DNA of 64,000 nucleotides from an uncultured delta proteobacterium (lineage in GTDB: Bacteria; Desulfobacterota; Binatia; Binatales; Binataceae), in contig CAVXXK010000001.1 of NCBI GenBank assembly GCA_963765675.1, positions 1,792,001-1,856,000 on the forward strand, read 5' to 3'. Numbering within the stretch: the first letter of the stretch is position 1; the number at the start of each line of letters is the position of its first letter. The notes under the pieces are model-generated. The model made no database searches and was not told the origin of the DNA. It saw only the letters and a program-made list of their open reading frames with translations. A program made the translations under genes and the position numbers. Positions 59,131 through 64,000 of the stretch are shown here, piece after piece.

Positions 59131-59196
59131 TTCCGATGGGAATCCGAATGGCGGTACGACGGAAGACCGTCCGTCAGTGAAACAACTGATTGCCGA

Positions 59197-60906
59197 TTAT
59201 GCTGCTGCGGGCGCCTGTGCGAGTTCAAATGCGGCAGGGTCGAGGCCTTCTTTCGAGCGCAGGACGATCTTCGAGTCGAGCTTGTGCTCGAGCGTCTCGA
59301 GGTCTTTTGCGCCCGCGTCGTACAGGTAGCGCGCGACCTCGGGATTGATCTTCACGATTATCATGTCGGTGTGCGTGCGCCTGATCGCCTCGCGATAAAT
59401 TCCGCGCAGCACTTCGGCCGCCAGCGTCGGCACCGATTTGACCACCCGCCGCCCCTGGCATCGCGAGCATTGCTCGGTGAGCAGCGCCTCCAGGCTGTCG
59501 CGCGTGCGCTTGCGCGTCATCTGGACCAGCCCGAGCTCGGAGATTTTGAGCGCCGAGGTTCGCGCCTTGTCGCGGCGCAGCGCCGTCGCGAGCGCCTCGC
59601 TGACCTTTTTGCGATCGGGCTCGCGCGACATATCAATGAAATCGACGATGATGATGCCGCCGATATTGCGCAGCCGCAGTTGCTTCACCACTTCGTCGGC
59701 CGCTTCCAGGTTGGTCTTGAGGACGGTGTCATCCTGGTTATGCTTGCCGACGAAGCGTCCGGTGTTGACGTCGATCGCGGTCAGCGCCTCGGCCTGATCG
59801 AACACCAGGTAGCCGCCCGACTTGAGCCACACTTTGCGATCGAGCGCGCGCTCGATTTGCGGCTCGATATTGAACTTGTCGAAAATCGGCTCCTGCCCCT
59901 GATGCAGCATCGCGCGCGCGCGCAGCCGCGGCATGTAGGTCTGGATGAACTGCACGATGCGGCTGTAGGTATTCGGATCGTCGCACCATACCCGCTCGAC
60001 CTCGCTCGAAAACAAGTCGCGCACCGTGCGCAGCGCCACGTCCAGGTCGCTGTAGAGCATCGTGGCCGGGCCGCTCGACTCGCTGCGTTTGAGAATCGAG
60101 TTCCAGGTCTTGGTCAGAAACGCGATGTCGCGCTGGATGTCGCGGCGGCTTAAGCCCTCGCACGCGGTGCGCACGATAAAGCCACCCTGCTTGGGTCGCA
60201 CCTCGCTGACCGCTTCGCGCAGCCGCGCGCGTTCCTCGGCGCTCGCGATCCGGCGCGAGACTCCCAGATGATTGCTGGTCGGCGTGTACACCAGGTAGCG
60301 CCCCGGCAGCGAGATCGAAGACGTCAGCCGCGCGCCCTTGGTCCCCATCGGCTCCTTCGCGATCTGGACGATGATCTCCTGTCCGCGATGAAGCTGCTGC
60401 TCGATCGGAAGCCGGCTCCGCTGCGGCTCGCTGCGCTGATGACGCCGTCCTCCGCGTCGCCCGCGCCGTCCGCGAGCCTGTCCGCCGCCCTCCGCGGGAG
60501 CGGATGCGGGATCCTGATTGACGCCGAGGTCTTCGCCCTCGCCGATCGAAGGGCGGCCCTCGGAATCCTGCTGCTCGAGGTCCTGCTCGGCGGCGTGATC
60601 GCCGTTTTGAGCGGCGAGCTCGTCGGTCTCGACGTCTTCCTCGCCGATAACTTCCGCCATCGAGGTGAATGCGTCGGCGCCGCCGTGGAAATCCGAGACG
60701 TGCAGGAAGCCCGCCTTTTCCAGTCCGATATCGACGAACGCCGCCTGCATCCCGGGCAGAACGCGGGTCACTTTGCCTTTGTAGATATTGCCGGCCAGTC
60801 CGCGATGCGCCGTGCGCTCGAGAAAAAACTCGGCCAGCGAATTGTCTTCCAATAGCGCTACGCGCACTTCGAGCGCGGAAGCGTTGATTACGATTTCACG
60901 TTTCAC
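59197..60906 (-). CDS. rng: Ribonuclease E/G family (RNase G-like, no long C-terminal scaffold)
   Basis: GNIYKG.V.RVLPGMQAAFVDIG, KEP.GTKGARL, IDVNTG, LRNIGGIIIVDFIDM, C..C.G. Confidence 0.9.
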   Translation of the reverse strand: MKREIVINASALEVRVALLEDNSLAEFFLERTAHRGLAGNIYKGKVTRVLPGMQAAFVDIGLEKAGFLHVSDFHGGADAFTSMAEVIGEEDVETDELAAQNGDHAAEQDLEQQDSEGRPSIGEGEDLGVNQDPASAPAEGGGQARGRRGRRGGRRHQRSEPQRSRLPIEQQLHRGQEIIVQIAKEPMGTKGARLTSSISLPGRYLVYTPTSNHLGVSRRIASAEERARLREAVSEVRPKQGGFIVRTACEGLSRRDIQRDIAFLTKTWNSILKRSESSGPATMLYSDLDVALRTVRDLFSSEVERVWCDDPNTYSRIVQFIQTYMPRLRARAMLHQGQEPIFDKFNIEPQIERALDRKVWLKSGGYLVFDQAEALTAIDVNTGRFVGKHNQDDTVLKTNLEAADEVVKQLRLRNIGGIIIVDFIDMSREPDRKKVSEALATALRRDKARTSALKISELGLVQMTRKRTRDSLEALLTEQCSRCQGRRVVKSVPTLAAEVLRGIYREAIRRTHTDMIIVKINPEVARYLYDAGAKDLETLEHKLDSKIVLRSKEGLDPAAFELAQAPAAA

Positions 60907-61134
60907 TTGAGCTTGGTTCTACCCCGCGCGATGCGAGTCATTCAAATTAGGGTACCGCAAATTAGGGCCGCGTGCGGGGATGGCTTTTGCCTGGCTAGGA
61001 TAGAGCTGGCGCGCCCGCCTTATCTCGCATCCGCCTCCGCCCGCGCCTCCTCGCGAATCATACGGAGCAGCCATATCGCGCGCAAGGCAAGCCTCCAATT
61101 AGCCTGATTTTACGGGCTTTTCACACCCTTGGGC

Positions 61135-61163
61135 TTGACAGCGCATCCCCGCGCCAGTACGAG
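61135..61163 (+). promoter_or_regulatory. Putative sigma-70 promoter for the HNH gene
   Basis: Perfect TTGACA, 17-nt spacer, then TACGAG ending 7 nt before ATG 61171. Confidence 0.5.
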
Positions 61164-61170
61164 AGTTATA

Positions 61171-61818
61171 ATGTCCTCCGCCGCACAGACATTAGCGGTA
61201 CCCCTGTCTGGCGCCAGCGTTCTTAACACCAAAGTGCTGGTGCTGAACCGCTCGTACCTGCCGGTTCATGTGACCTCGGTAAAGCGCGCCTTCGCGCTGC
61301 TCTATCAGGGCGTCGCCCGGGTGGTGGATGACGAGTACCGCACCTTCGATTTCGATTCGTGGCGCGATCTTGCGATCGAGGTCCATCACGAGCGCCTCGG
61401 CGTCGTCGGCGGATTTATCCGCGTGCCGCGCGTGCTCCTTCTGACCGCATACGAGCGTATCCCCAAGCGCCACGTGCGCTTTTCGCGCTTCAATATCTTC
61501 GCGCGCGACAGCAACACCTGCCAGTACTGCGGCCGGCGCCTGCCGCGCACAGAGCTGAATCTCGACCACGTGATGCCGCGGTCGCGCGGCGGAACCTCGA
61601 CCTGGGAGAACATCGTCTGCTCGTGCCATCACTGCAATCGCAGAAAGGGCGGTCGTACTCCGGAGGAGGCGGCGATGGTCCTGATTCGCCGGCCGCGCCG
61701 TCCCGAATGGACGCCGTTCAGCGCCGAGATGTTCTCGCTGCGGCGCTATCGCGAGTGGATGCCGTTCCTGTCGCAGGTCGATAGCGCCTACTGGAACACC
61801 GAGCTGATCCAGGACTGA
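61171..61818 (+). CDS. HNH endonuclease
   Basis: VLVLNRSY.P, FSRFNIFARD..TCQYCG, LDHV.PRSRGG..WEN.V..C..CN.RKG.RTP. Confidence 0.92.
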   Translation: MSSAAQTLAVPLSGASVLNTKVLVLNRSYLPVHVTSVKRAFALLYQGVARVVDDEYRTFDFDSWRDLAIEVHHERLGVVGGFIRVPRVLLLTAYERIPKRHVRFSRFNIFARDSNTCQYCGRRLPRTELNLDHVMPRSRGGTSTWENIVCSCHHCNRRKGGRTPEEAAMVLIRRPRRPEWTPFSAEMFSLRRYREWMPFLSQVDSAYWNTELIQD

Positions 61819-61965
61819 CCGCTGGGTTAGCCTTGTCTGAAAACCACTAGTTCTCGGGCCTGCCCGAGGTTATCAACACGACAGGTTGGGGCGTAGACTT
61901 GATCCCAAGCTGCGGGTTTGGGATAAGCAATCCAACGGTGGTGGTGTGGTGGAGGCGTCGGCAGT

Positions 61966-64000
61966 ATGCGTCTTAAAAGCCTTGAGTTGATAGGCTTCAA
62001 ATCCTTTTTCGATTCCACGTCGATTAGCTTCGCGTCCGGGATGACCGCCGTTGTCGGACCCAACGGATGCGGCAAATCGAACGTGGTTGACGCGATCCGA
62101 TGGGTCCTCGGCGAGCAGGCGCCCACGCGGCTGCGCGGCAAGAGCACCGAAGATCTCATCTACATCGGCAATGATCAGAATCCCGCCGCCGGGATGGCCG
62201 AGGTATCGCTCATCCTCGAGGCCGAGGAAGGCAGTCTGCTTCCCGAGCCCTACGCCGCGCTGAGCGAGGTCGCCGTCACGCGCCGCGTCTATCGCTCGGG
62301 CGATTCCGAATATCTGCTCAACAAGATTCCGTGCCGCCTGAAGGACATCACCGAGTTCTTCATGGCCGCGCAGATTCACAGCCGCGGCTATTCGCTGATC
62401 GAGCAGGGCAAGATCGAGGAGATTATCCAGGCCAAGCCGCACGAGTTGCGCGCGATGATCGAAGAGGCCGCCGGCCTGTCGCTGTTCAAGGGACGGCGCG
62501 AGCTGTCCGAGCGCAAGCTCGAGCGGGTCAAGGAAAATCTCTCGCGCCTGAATGACGTGCTGAGCGAGATCGAGCGCCAACTGAACTACGCGCGCCGGCA
62601 AGCCAAGAAGGCCGAGCAGTACAAGCTTATCCGCGCCGAGCTGTCGGAGCTCGAGCGATTGTCCGCCGCGCGCCGGCTGCTCGAGCATCGCGATGCCGTC
62701 ACGCATGAGAGCGCGCTTGCCGATGAACTCGCCGCCGCGGCTGAGACTGCGCGCTCGGAATCCTCCGCGCTGCAAAGCGAGACCGAGCGTGCGCAGAGCG
62801 CAGCGCAATCCGCGCGCGCCGAGTTGTCGGCCGCCGAGCGCGAGCTGCAAAATCTGCACGCGGGCGCCGCCGAACGCGAACGCACCTGTGATTTCCTTAA
62901 TCGGCGCCTCGAATCGATCGCCGAGATGCAACCCACGCTCGTCGAGCGTCTTGCCGAGCTTGAAAATCGCGCGACGCTCGCGCGCGCCGCGTACGCGTGC
63001 GCAGCCGCGCGCCTCGCGCGCGAGACTGCCGCCGGCGAATCAACCGGAGAGCACGCGCTCGCCGATCTCACTCGCCGTCTCGAAGCCGCGCAGCGCGAAC
63101 TCAAGGACGGCGAGCGCCACGCCGAAGATCTGAAAGACGAATTGTCCGAGACGGTGCGCGAGGCTGCCGTGATCCGCGGACGCTTGGGCGATCTGGCCGG
63201 CGAACGTGCGGAACTCGACGAGCATCTCGCCGCGCACTCCGCCGCCGCGCCTGCGATGGCCGAGCAGAGCGCCTCCGCGCTCGCGGCGCTGGCCGACGCC
63301 GAGCGCGATATCGAACGCGTCCGCGCCGAAATTGCCGCGCTCGAAAGCGGACAGCGCGACGCCAAGGAACGCGAGATCGAAACCCGCGCCGCGCTCGAGC
63401 ATCTGGGCCAGCGCGTCGCCGCCCTGCGATCTTCGCTCTCGGCACGCACCGCGCCCGAGGCCGCGATCGCCGACGCGGGCCGCCGCCTGAACACCGTCCT
63501 CGAATCGATGAACGGCGATCGCCCGAAGACTGCTCCCGCATGGCTGCGCGACATTTTGCGCGCGCCTGCCGAGGTCGCGCCCGCGCTGCACGCCGTGCTC
63601 GGCAACGAGCTCGAGGCGGTCGTCGCCGAGTCACCGGCGTTCGCGCTGCGTGCAATCGAAATTCTGAAAGAGACTCGCGCGGGCCGCCTGAGCTTCGTGC
63701 AGGAACCGGACGCGCCCGTCACCTCGCATCCCGCGATCGACGCGCCCGGAGTCGCGGGCCGCCTGGTCGATATGCTCGAAATCGAGCCGCGCTATCGGCA
63801 CGTCGCAGAGGCGATGCTCGGGCATGTGATGGTCGCAGACGATCTCAATTCCGCGCTTGCCGCGTCGAATCTGAACGGCCACGGAACCTTGTTCGTGACT
63901 CGTGATGGCGATTTCCTAAGTCCCGGCCGCATGATCGTCGGTGGAAGCGCCGATGACTCCGCGTCCGCCGTGCGGGCCGCCGATCTTGCCGCTCGCGAAA
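61966..64000 (+). CDS. smc: Chromosome segregation protein SMC (5' part; runs off the window)
   Basis: MRLKSLEL.GFKSF, VVGPNGCGKSN.VDAIRWVLGEQ, IEQG.I, EEAAG, coiled coil, hinge-like region near 63540-63900. No stop codon before the window end. Confidence 0.95.
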   Translation, partial: MRLKSLELIGFKSFFDSTSISFASGMTAVVGPNGCGKSNVVDAIRWVLGEQAPTRLRGKSTEDLIYIGNDQNPAAGMAEVSLILEAEEGSLLPEPYAALSEVAVTRRVYRSGDSEYLLNKIPCRLKDITEFFMAAQIHSRGYSLIEQGKIEEIIQAKPHELRAMIEEAAGLSLFKGRRELSERKLERVKENLSRLNDVLSEIERQLNYARRQAKKAEQYKLIRAELSELERLSAARRLLEHRDAVTHESALADELAAAAETARSESSALQSETERAQSAAQSARAELSAAERELQNLHAGAAERERTCDFLNRRLESIAEMQPTLVERLAELENRATLARAAYACAAARLARETAAGESTGEHALADLTRRLEAAQRELKDGERHAEDLKDELSETVREAAVIRGRLGDLAGERAELDEHLAAHSAAAPAMAEQSASALAALADAERDIERVRAEIAALESGQRDAKEREIETRAALEHLGQRVAALRSSLSARTAPEAAIADAGRRLNTVLESMNGDRPKTAPAWLRDILRAPAEVAPALHAVLGNELEAVVAESPAFALRAIEILKETRAGRLSFVQEPDAPVTSHPAIDAPGVAGRLVDMLEIEPRYRHVAEAMLGHVMVADDLNSALAASNLNGHGTLFVTRDGDFLSPGRMIVGGSADDSASAVRAADLAARE

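Noticed and set aside
58831-60153. ORFs starting within the palindromic elements (also the murJ extension 1249-1446, 25915-26205 and 47822-48064)
   Set aside because: They are translations of repeat DNA (shared MSFPRAWLPRARNP text) with no evidence of being genes.
61870-61878. TTATCAACA as a DnaA box or origin signal
   Set aside because: It is a single mismatched box with no cluster or AT-rich unwinding region.
61171-64000. HNH + SMC as a Wadjet/Lamassu-like defence system
   Set aside because: The SMC has canonical housekeeping motifs and a hinge, it appears to have its own promoter, the HNH is a common stand-alone type, and no jet or other accessory genes are visible.

Overview
This is a GC-rich bacterial chromosome segment, inferred from gene style and repeat types to be Deltaproteobacteria-like (possibly Candidatus Binatota). 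Most of it is housekeeping and catabolic genes. From left to right it holds hemW, murJ, hldE, a Zn-dependent alcohol dehydrogenase and an acyl-CoA/oxidoreductase cluster (two SDRs, an HpaB/AbfD-family flavoprotein, a VOC protein, a glutaryl-CoA-dehydrogenase-like enzyme, LysR, amidase). Next come opgC and the conserved tRNA-Val-thrS-infC-rpmI-rplT-pheS-pheT-ihfA-merR block. An accessory xanthine-dehydrogenase-family/OprB-porin/unknown exported protein/ABM module follows, then cca with a nucleoside-type ABC transporter, and trmL, dtd, lgt, tlpA, ctpA, bioD, trxB, moaC and rlmI. The right end has a YCF48-MMPL-VOC-YceI operon, an orphan ParB-like gene, rne/rng, an HNH nuclease and the 5' part of smc. 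Intergenic DNA carries three distinct palindromic repeat families, including a three-level nested structure containing a MITE with a 9-bp target duplication. Five genes carry single-base frameshifts, most likely sequencing errors. I saw no CRISPR array, prophage or intact transposase.
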